From NCBI GenBank assembly GCA_964590575.1, contig CAZPWM010000012.1:17993-53451 (forward strand): a DNA stretch of 35,459 bases, read 5' to 3'. The translations under genes and the position numbers were made by a program. Position 1 is the stretch's first letter. Each line of letters begins with the position of its first letter. This DNA is from an uncultured archaeon. Lineage in GTDB: Archaea > Asgardarchaeota > Thorarchaeia > Thorarchaeales > Thorarchaeaceae. Below, one piece after another: positions 10,801 to 18,706 of the stretch. The notes below the pieces were generated by a model. It searched no databases. It worked only from the letters and a program-made list of their open reading frames with translations, and was not told the origin of the DNA.

Positions 10801-11638
10801 GCTCGAGTTTGAATGCAAGCGTGCCTGTGTCGTACCAGACATTTAGTGTCCCGTTGCTGTTCCCATAGAGCACATCCCAGTTCCCAGCAGTGGTTAGGTC
10901 TCCCATGGCTACGACATTGATTGCAGTGGGACTTGTTTTCTCGAACACCATAGTACCAGTGTCCTGTAAGAGGGTGAACAGTCTTCCCTCAGAGGCCACT
11001 ACTACCTCAGTTCGAGCGTCAGCATCAATGTCTCCCACAGCCAGCAAGCGGACTCTTCCATTGCTCAAATAGCTCCAGAGTGGAGTTGTGTTAATCTCAA
11101 AAGCGTAGACGTAGAAGTCATCACAGCCCACAATGACCTCTTCGAACGCATCGCCATCGAGATTACCCCCAACAACAGCATAGACTGCCTCTGGGAGAGA
11201 CATGTTCATCTGAACCGTCTTATCAGCACCAACTACGAGAATGCCCCGGTCTGTCCCTATGAGCATCTCCTGACCAGTGGCTGCAGTGCCATCGAAGGAG
11301 GTCAGTGCATGTGGTGTCGAGCTAAGTTTCAGTTTCCACAACAATGTGCTATTGTCATCGAACAGGAATAAAGTACCATTGTTCGCAATGACAGCAACCT
11401 CATCTCGCGCATCTGCATCGAAATTATCGACAACAACATCCACAACCTGATTCCCGGTCGTGGTGGACCAAACAAGGGCAATGTCGAATGGTGCGATCTC
11501 AGCGAGAGCGTGTGGAACCTGTTGAACCTGTGGCTTCGTGATTGTCACGGGTTGTATTCCCGTATCTGTCATCTGGAGCTGCAATCCTGCAAGTGCGCAG
11601 ACGACTAGTAGGGCTATGATCACATGATAGGTCTTCAT
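4808..11638 (-). CDS. Giant single-pass cell-surface protein: signal peptide, FG-GAP-type beta-propeller, TSP3-like Ca-binding repeat stalk, TM helix, cytoplasmic beta-sandwich
   Basis: Signal MKTYHVIIALLVVCALAG; blades such as GNLDGDAFEEVIVG, GDIDADARTEVVV, GDLDNFGGDEFAFG; dozens of DxDxDGLxDxxE...TxP units; TM WIFQVAGLLVLAFIAAVGV followed by RKFR; many N-x-S/T sequons; GGAGGA RBS and ATGA overlap with the upstream gene. Confidence 0.9.
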   Translation of the reverse strand: MKTYHVIIALLVVCALAGLQLQMTDTGIQPVTITKPQVQQVPHALAEIAPFDIALVWSTTTGNQVVDVVVDNFDADARDEVAVIANNGTLFLFDDNSTLLWKLKLSSTPHALTSFDGTAATGQEMLIGTDRGILVVGADKTVQMNMSLPEAVYAVVGGNLDGDAFEEVIVGCDDFYVYAFEINTTPLWSYLSNGRVRLLAVGDIDADARTEVVVASEGRLFTLLQDTGTMVFEKTSPTAINVVAMGDLTTAGNWDVLYGNSNGTLNVWYDTGTLAFKLELASSISALRVGDLVTGGRYEFALGTASNQLRVYTSVGVLSWNKTLGGVPNDIRFPNIGATTNAQVLVGTPNTLTTYNSTGWRVNQLTANGFTGALAFGDLDNFGGDEFAFGTNFGAVSTYGRDFDKDGLADAREIIMEGTLYNDSDTDNDNLSDGQEVLTYGTNPLKADSDGDKLSDFAEVITHGTDPNLADTDSDKLTDWQEIYLGTNPNQADTDGDSLTDYEENNVTLTLPTDPDSDGDNINDAQDDNDGDGLTNIQEVRQSKTDPNDVDTDGDSITDYYDDQDGDNLANWKEIQLGTGLYDPDSDDDLLNDGYEVKISKTSPLNEDTDNDKLTDYEEVMIVHSDPLKADGDGDGLSDYDEYVIYGTGVLDSDSDDDTLSDGAEVNTYFTDPLNNDTDSDNISDGLEVNVWKSDPNSADTDLDNLNDYLECYVYFTNVTNSDTDGDTLGDGLEVFTYKTNATLVDSDFDLIRDPDEVKYRGAPHFWNATNPHTFNATILDGNYDYDNDTLTNYQEIYLTRTNPTLKDSGGLPLTDDLEDSDLDRLTNYEELYVTFTHPRNPDTDGDKVKDGDEVLILLTDPNDEDSNDNGITDYDEDFDGDGLSNGVELYITHTLHNDSDTDNDFISDYHDDEDGDSLENWFEVEMTGTDPLYNDTNDNGVFDGEEDPDNDDLTNVEEQENGCDPLAADTDLDQLTDGEEVHYTHTDPTDNDDDDDGILDGQDDQDNDGLTNIEELRTYNTNVTLWDTDGDRIRDGLEIDVGLNATNPDSDGDTLYDGWNDINLNGIYEPLLGERGEDVNANGVVNVGETSPFEADSDSDGLDDAEEYVYGTSPLNDDCDEDGLLDGEEINDYFTNPLNNDTDSDLLSDWVEIKQTLTDPNNMWYNGTHTDYMIDSDGDSLTNGDEVYIYETNPGDFDSDNDNIGDGMEVLVYLSDPLSNDSDGDGLLDNEELFYGTDINIQDTDGDQLDDFVEIEYLGTNPLLPSTNMNGTLDGQLDNDGDGLTNAVEIYGYHSNATAKDTDLDGLNDGFEVYVSGTSPTDQDSDNDQLSDYLEYWIYHTDPSGSDSDSDGLDDYFEVYVSLTSPTSWDSDGDTLSDGDEWNTYGTNPNSIDTDDDLLSDKLELDIGTDPLLNDTDSDTLSDWEEWVLYNTDPTEADVDQDGLNDAEELENGTDWQNWDTDFDTISDGDEVNIYGTSPINDDTDSDNLADADELFNSGTNPLLVDTDGDSIPDDLDDQDADGLTNADEIYLYETNCTLIDTDSDFLSDFDEIFVWGTSPNMFDSDEDGLGDWDELFYWSSNPNDRDSDNDGLEDSEEALTWHTLLNSTDTDSDNLSDYDEIKVFETNPLLYDTDGDSIGDGDELNIYNTSPLREDTDSDKLLDGQEINGFYMTFNISGVVTSRWVYTNPRVSDTDKDSLTDFEEVNMTHTDPTLYSTQGNLISDADWDIDGDLLTNQQEIRLTKTNPRLFDSDSDGKSDGADDEDRDLLTNYWECVLTLTDPRNPDSNDNGISDYNDDEDGDTITNGEECKIYHTDPRNRDSDHDGLYDNEEIDDWGTDPLNKDSDFDGLEDGPEVNDWGTMPDSNDTDLDWLSDYEEVILTGTDPTTNMTYGTTLDRDYDSDNDGLSNWDELRIYHTLPNDDDFDNDDLKDGLEIFLGTNINGTDSDFDQLTDGEEYLLYNTDPLLPDSDLDGLSDYEEVIIYETNPNVEDTDEDNISDYDEVFGVNPLGIPTNPLREDGDFDGLSDYEELFVTPYSDPTKTDSDQDGLGDFLEVTEYLTQPMNNDTDSDMLSDGAEVNEYHTNPLLADSDGDGIDDYTEIMVLGTDPNNPDSDGDGIMDGQDFFPTSHWIFQVAGLLVLAFIAAVGVRKFRDARMTREFVTRAEPASLGLEPGMDIAVEYKIRDGRVIFGVVVRNGADNAMQNVQVILGVPDLTDAIKTQSLGTVEPDTVSIAQIEFELQPGAEGELVGMVEYDNVEGEHMIVNLKPVRIVA
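5260..10435 (-). repeat. Coding degenerate tandem repeats, D(T/S)DxDGLxDxxE(x4-5)T(D/N)P (bacterial thrombospondin type 3-like)
   Basis: Visible in translation over ~1700 aa, as ~22-23 aa units interspersed with ~36 aa units; strongly diverged at DNA level. Confidence 0.9.
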
Positions 11639-12633
11639 GGTGCGGTTCCTCCTATCTCTCTAGGAATTTGCTTCCAAGGTTTCACTTGGAAATAATCAAA
11701 GAAGTCCGCCTCTACAAGACTGACTTCTTCAAATCGTAGTTTCATTTCATTGAATTTCTTAATGATTGGCAGGAGCTGTTCACTGGGATTATCTAAGAAC
11801 AACTTCATTGCATTCCTACCAGCTTGTGCAGTGTATTCGATTCCTGGGAGCGATTCCACCCGTTTGATTATCTCCGGTGTTAAAGCATGGAGAACAACAC
11901 GGATGCTCTCCCCTTTTCCAGGGAGTGTCGAGATCAGTTCCTCTGGAGTCCCGAACTGACTCACATTGCCATCCTCTAAAAGGCACACTCGTGTGCAGTA
12001 ATCTACAATCTCTAGGTCATGGCTGATGATTACCATAGTTGTGCCAAGCTCGTAGTTTAGCTCTTTCAGATAGTTTAGCGTTTCATGTCGAAGATGGGCA
12101 TCGAGCCCTGTGGTTGGCTCATCAAGCAAGAGCACTGGCGGGTCATGTATCATACCAAGGCAGATTGACACCCGCTTACGTTCTCCGCCAGATAGTCTAT
12201 CAACTCTCTTGGTTATTAGTTCTTCATCAAATCCTAGGATTGTGAGGACATTTCTAGCCCGTTCTTCAATCTCCTTGGGCCTGAGACCGAACATGCGTCC
12301 GAAGAACTGAGCGTTCTGAAGAGGGTTGAAATCGTAGTAAAGGCTTAGATGTTCCAGCTGAGGGACATAACCTACGAGAAGACTGATCAGCTTAGCTTTC
12401 TTAGTGACATCATACCCACCAACAAAGGCTTGTCCATCAGTAGGACTAATCTGTCCTGTGAGAACTCGGAGTACAGTCGTCTTTCCAGCTCCTGAGGCTC
12501 CGATGATACCAAGGAACTCTTTCTTATTAGCGAAGAATGATGCTCCTTTCAAGGCGAAGAAATCTCCGAAAGCTACCTTGAGATCTATGATGTCAATCTC
12601 TCGATGGGTTTCCTTGACATCAGATTTTCCCAT
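11635..12633 (-). CDS. ABC transporter ATP-binding protein (DrrA/GldA-like ABC-2 exporter type)
   Basis: Walker A GASGAGKT, Q-loop YVPQ, signature LSGGE, Walker B LLLDEPT, H-loop ISHD, small C-terminal domain. ATG 12633 follows GGAGGTG RBS (track start 12642). Confidence 0.92.
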   Translation of the reverse strand: MGKSDVKETHREIDIIDLKVAFGDFFALKGASFFANKKEFLGIIGASGAGKTTVLRVLTGQISPTDGQAFVGGYDVTKKAKLISLLVGYVPQLEHLSLYYDFNPLQNAQFFGRMFGLRPKEIEERARNVLTILGFDEELITKRVDRLSGGERKRVSICLGMIHDPPVLLLDEPTTGLDAHLRHETLNYLKELNYELGTTMVIISHDLEIVDYCTRVCLLEDGNVSQFGTPEELISTLPGKGESIRVVLHALTPEIIKRVESLPGIEYTAQAGRNAMKLFLDNPSEQLLPIIKKFNEMKLRFEEVSLVEADFFDYFQVKPWKQIPREIGGTAP

Positions 12634-12634
12634 T

Positions 12635-15600
12635 TCACACACCTCCTACCTTGTCGCTTACTCGGTCGAACATCTTACGTCCTTCCTCAATGTCTTGCAT
12701 GAGTACGCGTAGTGCTTCTATCTTCTGTATTCGATCAAGATCTTCTCTTTGTATCAGGTCCTCGAGTTGTGTGAAGGCTGCAAGGAGCGCGCTGAGGGTA
12801 TTGTCTATCTCTCGTACTAACCCAGTATCAATCTCTGGGATTCTGAGACGTTTCCTCATTCTTCTACGATTCCAAACCAGAACCCCAATCAATCCGCCGA
12901 AAATCCCAAAAGATGTGAGAAGTGCTAGTTCTGCCATGGTCAGGAATACAAAGGGTGGGGGCGGAGATATTGTGGGTTCAAGCTCAAACAGGTAGAAAGT
13001 AACACTCGCGTAAGTCATGGCGTATTCCTCATCGCCCAAGACTAGGAAAATACCATTGATTCTACCTTCTTTACTCCAAGCACTGGATGTGAACTGTGAT
13101 GAATAGAGTCCATCTTCTACGAACCCTGCAATGAAAAAGGAAAGACTTCCGTTGGGTAGCTCATATGCAATAGCAACACGCAGGTCGTTGACAGGATTTC
13201 CGTCAATATCTGTTAGCTCTAGATTGACATAGACACTCCGACCTGCCTGATAGTACGAAGTGTTTTCCGAGAGGCTTGTTGCGGTGGTCAGAGTGTTTCG
13301 TAATAGGTACTGGTTCAGATTATCGAGCAACATGCTGTTATTGCATTTTACAAGGTTCTTGTTCATAAAGATCTTAGACGAGCCAAATACTGCTAGCTCA
13401 GGGTCTGTATAGTCCAGTAATATAACACTATTACCATCGAGTCTGGCATTTGCTTTAGACTGGTTGTTCATGACGTAGGTTCCGCCACCAAGCCAGATAC
13501 TCTCCAGTCCGAATCCTAAGCGAGAGGTTGTAACAATTTCTGTAGTATTCTCTTTGCTATGACTCCCATGTAAATAATAACCATACTCCATCAAGAGTGG
13601 ATTGAGTGCTGTGATGTTTGCATTATCATCATTGTCACCTAAAATAACGAGCGTGCCTCCGCCCTCGGAGAATTCCCTGAGAATCTCGATTTCTGTTGAG
13701 TTGTACTCCTTAGTTGGAGCTATGATAAAGACTGTTGAGAATGTTGCAAGTAGGTCTGCATCGAGCTCCATTCCTGGTGTTTCTATGAGGTCGAGTCCCA
13801 CATCTGCCATCCTTTTCTTCATGTTCGAGAGACCTGAGAACGTAGTCATTCTGAATGAGTCAAAGAGGCTTGTAAGTGAGCCAAGACTACCAAGGTCATT
13901 GAGACTAAAGCCAGTCAACATAGCTTCTCCACCGCTAGAACTGTCTTCTTGAGCGAGTGGGAATCCTAAACCTCCAGTATCTCCGCCAGTCAAGGAGCCA
14001 GTATCACCGAAACCTCCAGCACCTCCGAGTAGAGATCCAAACCCACCTCCGTGCGAAGTTTCAAGGAGCATCATTGCGCGTGGATATTCCAGAGTCCTTT
14101 CAAGAGTGATATTGGTTGTCCATCCTACCTCGGTTTCAAGCACATAGTCGCATCTATGATACCCATCCATACCAATTGGGGGTGTCAGTAAAAAGAGTGA
14201 GAAGTCATAGAATCCTTCTATTGTTTTAGCACTAGTAAGAGACATATTGCCCCAATCTGAAGCATTTCCACGATTTGAGATTGTGAGATTACCAAGGGAT
14301 TCGGTGGTTGAAAGAACAAAGCTGTAAATTCCAAAGTCTGCTGGAAATCGGATATCAAATGGTGCGAATGGTAGCTGCTTGGGGAATACCGATGTTGATG
14401 ATATTGGGGTGATAATGAAGACATCTCGTAGCAGAAAATCATCTAAAATCCCTACTCCCGATGTAAGAAGTGATGCCACCGGGTTAGATACAAGATTGAC
14501 GATTTGGTCTAGTCCTGTTGAAACCGCCCATGCTGCAGTTCTTACTCCCTCAGTTTCAGGTCGCCAGTCTGTGATTAGCACTTTAGCTTTGAATGGTTCT
14601 AGCACATCATAAGAGAAATACCTCGCGAACAGGGTACCATCATCAGCAGTACCTTCGACTACTAGCATGGCTCCGATAGCTGTTGTGTTCGCTTCTCCAA
14701 TATTCATGATTACTGCTTTCGATTGATACGTCTGACCAACCTGCGCTATCCTTGGAACATCGGCTTCCACGACTATGAGGTCTCCCTGGTCTAAGGCGCC
14801 GGATGGGACATCATATTTCCACATTGCATCTATTGATGCATCAAGAACCGTGCGGTTCTCACCAAAACCCATGGCTATTGTAACATTAGTAAGTTCATCG
14901 ACATCGAGAGTTCCGAAGTCCCATTGCATTGCTAACCCAACATCGCCATCAAAGACGGTGGACCCTGTTAGGTTATTGTCTGAAACATGACTGCCAATAT
15001 TTGACGAGTTTCCTACTTCAAATGAAGAGAGGGGGATGCTTGAGTTCATACCTACATAGAAGTTGCCATAATTCTCTGAGAGCCCATACGCAAACAGCTG
15101 CTGGTTATCAAGAGCGTACTTTCCGTGATCATTCTCACCATCTAGGTAGAGGTCAAGAGAATATGAAACATACAAGCTCACATTCTCTACAGGCTCGCTA
15201 CCAAGGTTGAGGATGAATGGTGTAATTCTAAATGCAGTCAAAGGAAGTGAATCATACGTAGTGAGATTATAGGCTTCGACCAAGAACGTGACATAGACCG
15301 AGTCATTGTTGGACAGCACGCCAATGTAACGATTGTAAGGTACATTATTTGACGACGATACAACCTGATGAAACTCGCTTTTCACATTAAACATCATCAA
15401 ATTTGTTGGGTCCTCATTATTCCACTTGAGAGAGAACATACCCATCATCAAGTGAATCCCCGAGTCCTGTGGATTACGTGTGTCTATTGCAACAAGTGTT
15501 GTTCCGAAACTACTCATCAACATGGTAGTTGATGCATCTGTGCCGCTAGCAGTGATCAAACCGAGTGCTAGGAGCGGCAAACTTGTTGTTCGCGAGTGTG

Positions 15601-17011
15601 GGTCTGCAGGGGTCTGTTGTGTGCTAAAGTAATCAAATGCTGCTTGCAGATTGAGAAGACCTGCGCCTCCATCATTTGCCCCATACCCAATCGGTGTGGC
15701 TGTGTCACGAAGGACATTGGCTAGAGCGATTGGACTTATTCTATCGAATGCTTGCAGTAAAATTGCTGCGGCACCTGCCGTGATGGCTGCAGAAGCTGCT
15801 GTTGTGTCTGCAATGGTATAATTCTCATCGAATGTTTCACCAATAGAACCCCCAAGAAGACCTCCTAGACCACCAAGGCCACCAAGATCACCTAGTCCGA
15901 TATCACCGAAACCAAGACCTCCAAGACCTGCAAATGGTTTGGCTCCCACAACACCAACACCTGGTGCCACTAGGTCTGGTTTGGTCAATAATGAGAGTGA
16001 TGGTCCTCTTCCTGAGAAATCAGGAATCTCCAGCTGTTCAGTGTCATACGCTCCAACACAAAACGCAGCTGCATTTCCACCGGGAGACATGACAGTCAAA
16101 TAGTCTGGGCCGTCATCTCCTGATGCTGCCACAACAAAAATTCCCTTTTTAGCTGCGATTTCAACTGCCTCTGAGACTGCGTCATCTGGTGCACCAAGAG
16201 TGTTGAAAGGCAATAGAATGATATCTGCACCCCTACTGCTTGCCCACTCTATACCTGAGACAATCCAACTTGGAGATGCAAAGAGCCCTCCAAGGGTCAC
16301 TTTCGCAGAGAGTAGTGTTGCACCAGGAGCAATACCAGCATAGACGCCATCAGATGTATTTCCAGAACTGACTGCAATTGATGCTGCATAGGTTCCATGC
16401 CCAATGAGGTCAAGAGGCAATGTGTCAGCTTCCACAAAGGATGCAAAAGCAGCCACGCTGAAATCTGTTTGAAGTGGGTCCACTCCTGTATCAAGGACTG
16501 CAATAACAGTACCAGTGCCATTGTAACCTGCATCCCAGAGGTCCCTTGCACCAATCCTGTCGATAAGCGGGACATAGTCCTCTGATGACGATGCAGCAGT
16601 GGTAGTGGTCTGTACATGTTCTATTGGTGTTATTTCGTTTGACCATATCTTGGTGATAAACTCCTCTTTGGCAAGGTCTACAATGGCTGAGCTCAGCATC
16701 TTTACATGGAGCATGCCTATCGTTTTGAAAGTTTCAATCATCTTGGCAGTCTGGTCTGCAAAAAGAACAGCATTCTTCGCTTTGAACTCGCCTACCTCAT
16801 CGTCATAACCGATTAGTACGTCACGATACTGATCCAAGTAAGTCTGATTGAGTAGTGAATCATCAATCTTGTCCATGGGGTCAGTTACATGGGGGCTGAT
16901 TCCGATAACAGGTTGAACAACAGAAAGTCCACTAACCATGATGATACATACAAGTATGTATGCTACCACCTTCTGGGTCAGATGCATCATTGTTTGTTTC
17001 AGACCTGCCAT
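12635..17011 (-). CDS. Membrane-anchored S8 subtilase homolog, probably catalytically inactive, with GIFT-like domain and C-terminal TM plus helical tail
   Basis: IAVLDTG (Asp), GHGT (His), FSGRGP, KPDLVAPG present; SGTSMA replaced by DTTAAS; GIFT-like segment FSTVFIIAPTKEYNSTEIEILREFSEGGGTLVILGD; TM LALLTSFGIFGGLIGVLVW then NRRRMRKR. Start 17011 preferred (4 nt after the upstream stop) over track start 17062. Confidence 0.85.
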   Translation of the reverse strand: MAGLKQTMMHLTQKVVAYILVCIIMVSGLSVVQPVIGISPHVTDPMDKIDDSLLNQTYLDQYRDVLIGYDDEVGEFKAKNAVLFADQTAKMIETFKTIGMLHVKMLSSAIVDLAKEEFITKIWSNEITPIEHVQTTTTAASSSEDYVPLIDRIGARDLWDAGYNGTGTVIAVLDTGVDPLQTDFSVAAFASFVEADTLPLDLIGHGTYAASIAVSSGNTSDGVYAGIAPGATLLSAKVTLGGLFASPSWIVSGIEWASSRGADIILLPFNTLGAPDDAVSEAVEIAAKKGIFVVAASGDDGPDYLTVMSPGGNAAAFCVGAYDTEQLEIPDFSGRGPSLSLLTKPDLVAPGVGVVGAKPFAGLGGLGFGDIGLGDLGGLGGLGGLLGGSIGETFDENYTIADTTAASAAITAGAAAILLQAFDRISPIALANVLRDTATPIGYGANDGGAGLLNLQAAFDYFSTQQTPADPHSRTTSLPLLALGLITASGTDASTTMLMSSFGTTLVAIDTRNPQDSGIHLMMGMFSLKWNNEDPTNLMMFNVKSEFHQVVSSSNNVPYNRYIGVLSNNDSVYVTFLVEAYNLTTYDSLPLTAFRITPFILNLGSEPVENVSLYVSYSLDLYLDGENDHGKYALDNQQLFAYGLSENYGNFYVGMNSSIPLSSFEVGNSSNIGSHVSDNNLTGSTVFDGDVGLAMQWDFGTLDVDELTNVTIAMGFGENRTVLDASIDAMWKYDVPSGALDQGDLIVVEADVPRIAQVGQTYQSKAVIMNIGEANTTAIGAMLVVEGTADDGTLFARYFSYDVLEPFKAKVLITDWRPETEGVRTAAWAVSTGLDQIVNLVSNPVASLLTSGVGILDDFLLRDVFIITPISSTSVFPKQLPFAPFDIRFPADFGIYSFVLSTTESLGNLTISNRGNASDWGNMSLTSAKTIEGFYDFSLFLLTPPIGMDGYHRCDYVLETEVGWTTNITLERTLEYPRAMMLLETSHGGGFGSLLGGAGGFGDTGSLTGGDTGGLGFPLAQEDSSSGGEAMLTGFSLNDLGSLGSLTSLFDSFRMTTFSGLSNMKKRMADVGLDLIETPGMELDADLLATFSTVFIIAPTKEYNSTEIEILREFSEGGGTLVILGDNDDNANITALNPLLMEYGYYLHGSHSKENTTEIVTTSRLGFGLESIWLGGGTYVMNNQSKANARLDGNSVILLDYTDPELAVFGSSKIFMNKNLVKCNNSMLLDNLNQYLLRNTLTTATSLSENTSYYQAGRSVYVNLELTDIDGNPVNDLRVAIAYELPNGSLSFFIAGFVEDGLYSSQFTSSAWSKEGRINGIFLVLGDEEYAMTYASVTFYLFELEPTISPPPPFVFLTMAELALLTSFGIFGGLIGVLVWNRRRMRKRLRIPEIDTGLVREIDNTLSALLAAFTQLEDLIQREDLDRIQKIEALRVLMQDIEEGRKMFDRVSDKVGGV

Positions 17012-17015
17012 CGTA

Positions 17016-18695
17016 TCACTTCTCAATTGTACCTTGAATAAGACCTCGAGTAATGGCAACATAGTAGTCTACCATGTCCGCAACCGACTTAGTCTTCACA
17101 ATCTTTACTTTGATGTTTTGCTCCTTCAGAGCAGTGACGCATCTCTCAGCAATCACTTCTAATGGCTCATCTGTGAACATCTTCAGGAGTTCTCCTCTCT
17201 GTAGCACAAAACGAACTCCTTTGACCTGCTCTAGTGTCTTGCGGGCTCTTGGGTCCACCTCTTCAAGCACGACCCCCACAGCAAATCCTCTTGAGGGCAT
17301 CGATTCTTTCAATGTGGCTGGACTTCCAAACGCTACAAGACTCTTACCCCGCATGAACACTGCTACCTTATCACAAAACTCAGCCTCTACGGGATAGTGC
17401 GTAATGACAATTATCGATGTACCATATTCCTGGTTGATATATGAAAGATAACTCCAGAGCTCATACCTGTTGTCAGGGTCAAGCCCTGAAGTTGGCTCAT
17501 CCATGAGGAGAACCTTGGGCTTGTGTGCCAAAGCTATGGCAATAGAAACTCTTCTCTGTTGCCCACCGCTTAGCTCCTTTGTGGGGCTGTTTCCTTTCTC
17601 GAGGACTCCAAAGTCTCTGAGGAGGGTCTTTCCTCTCTGAATCAATTGCCACTCAGGAATGTCATACTGCTTTCCAAATGCGATTATGTTCTCGAGAGGT
17701 GTAAAGGTCTCATACATATATGACAAGTCTTGAGGACAGTATCCAAAGAAGTGACGAACTTTCTGGGTCTGTTTCGAGTCAATTCCGGCAATTCTTGCTA
17801 CGCCAGTACTTGGAATATCGCCAATCAATGCTTTCACGGTCGTTGATTTACCTGCTCCAGACTCGCCGATGATGGCTAGCATCTCACCCTCGCGAATGGA
17901 GAACGAAACATTCTCGATGAGCTTCTGACCGCTTTTGACCGTCACTGTCAGATTTCTGGCTGCGAGCACATCTCTGTATTCAGGAGCTTGTTTCCAGGCA
18001 TAAGGCATTATGTAGACCTTGGTAGCTAAAACAGTGAGGTTTGGATTGTAGCTTGGACCAATTAGAAGCTGCGGCTGTGCAACCATGTAGATTTTGGGAT
18101 CTCCGACCTCTTCCTCTGGAGCAACTCGGACGTCAAGAGTCCCCTCAGGAAGTATGGGAGCTGGTCTTGTAGAAGCACCCACAATCGTACCTTTGATCAT
18201 AATCATAGTCTTGTCAGAGCCTCTGCGGCCCCAAACCGTGCAGGCCACTTCTTGACTCTTCATCTTCTCCAGATCTTTCACTGCTTGTTGGAGGTCACGG
18301 CCATCATAGTATAGGTCGTCTGCCATGTTTCGCTTCAGGTAGTTCTGAACCGTGATTTGTGTGGCTGCTACGTCATCCTGACCTGATCCCTCACCACCTA
18401 TTGTTAGTACCTTATCTAGTTCTCCTGCTCGTTGTCTGCGAAGATCCTCCTCTACATATACTGCGATCCTTCGTGTTAGGACTCCTTTCTTGACCTTCAA
18501 GACTCGACCTTTGAACTTCACTTCCTTACCAGATGAAGTCAACTTACCTTCAACTTCACAGTGTAGCTCACGGGTTTGTCGTGTGATGCACCAATCAATG
18601 GCATCACCTATTCGTGCTCCAGAAAAGTAAGCTTCTTCAACAAAGACTGGTTTCTCCTTTTCAGATGCACCCATTTGGTCTGTTTTTTGAATCAT
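17016..18695 (-). CDS. ABC transporter ATP-binding protein with ~240-aa duplicated N-terminal extension
   Basis: GESGAGKS, YCPQ, LSGGQ, LLMDEPT, ITHY all intact; GGTGA RBS upstream. Confidence 0.92.
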   Translation of the reverse strand: MIQKTDQMGASEKEKPVFVEEAYFSGARIGDAIDWCITRQTRELHCEVEGKLTSSGKEVKFKGRVLKVKKGVLTRRIAVYVEEDLRRQRAGELDKVLTIGGEGSGQDDVAATQITVQNYLKRNMADDLYYDGRDLQQAVKDLEKMKSQEVACTVWGRRGSDKTMIMIKGTIVGASTRPAPILPEGTLDVRVAPEEEVGDPKIYMVAQPQLLIGPSYNPNLTVLATKVYIMPYAWKQAPEYRDVLAARNLTVTVKSGQKLIENVSFSIREGEMLAIIGESGAGKSTTVKALIGDIPSTGVARIAGIDSKQTQKVRHFFGYCPQDLSYMYETFTPLENIIAFGKQYDIPEWQLIQRGKTLLRDFGVLEKGNSPTKELSGGQQRRVSIAIALAHKPKVLLMDEPTSGLDPDNRYELWSYLSYINQEYGTSIIVITHYPVEAEFCDKVAVFMRGKSLVAFGSPATLKESMPSRGFAVGVVLEEVDPRARKTLEQVKGVRFVLQRGELLKMFTDEPLEVIAERCVTALKEQNIKVKIVKTKSVADMVDYYVAITRGLIQGTIEK

Positions 18696-18706
18696 CGTGA
18701 TATCAC

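Noticed and set aside
4808-11638. Calling the giant protein an integrin alpha
   Set aside because: It has a propeller and single TM but no thigh/calf Ig domains, no GFFKR motif and no beta-subunit gene nearby.
12635-17011. Subtilase as a pseudogene or S53 sedolisin (ASGD motif)
   Set aside because: The ORF is intact and coupled to its neighbours; it has S8 Asp/His motifs, no ExxxD sedolisin motif and no GTS.
4845-17397. Many 60-165 aa ORFs antisense or out of frame within the large genes
   Set aside because: Shadow ORFs of biased coding sequence, with no recognisable motifs.
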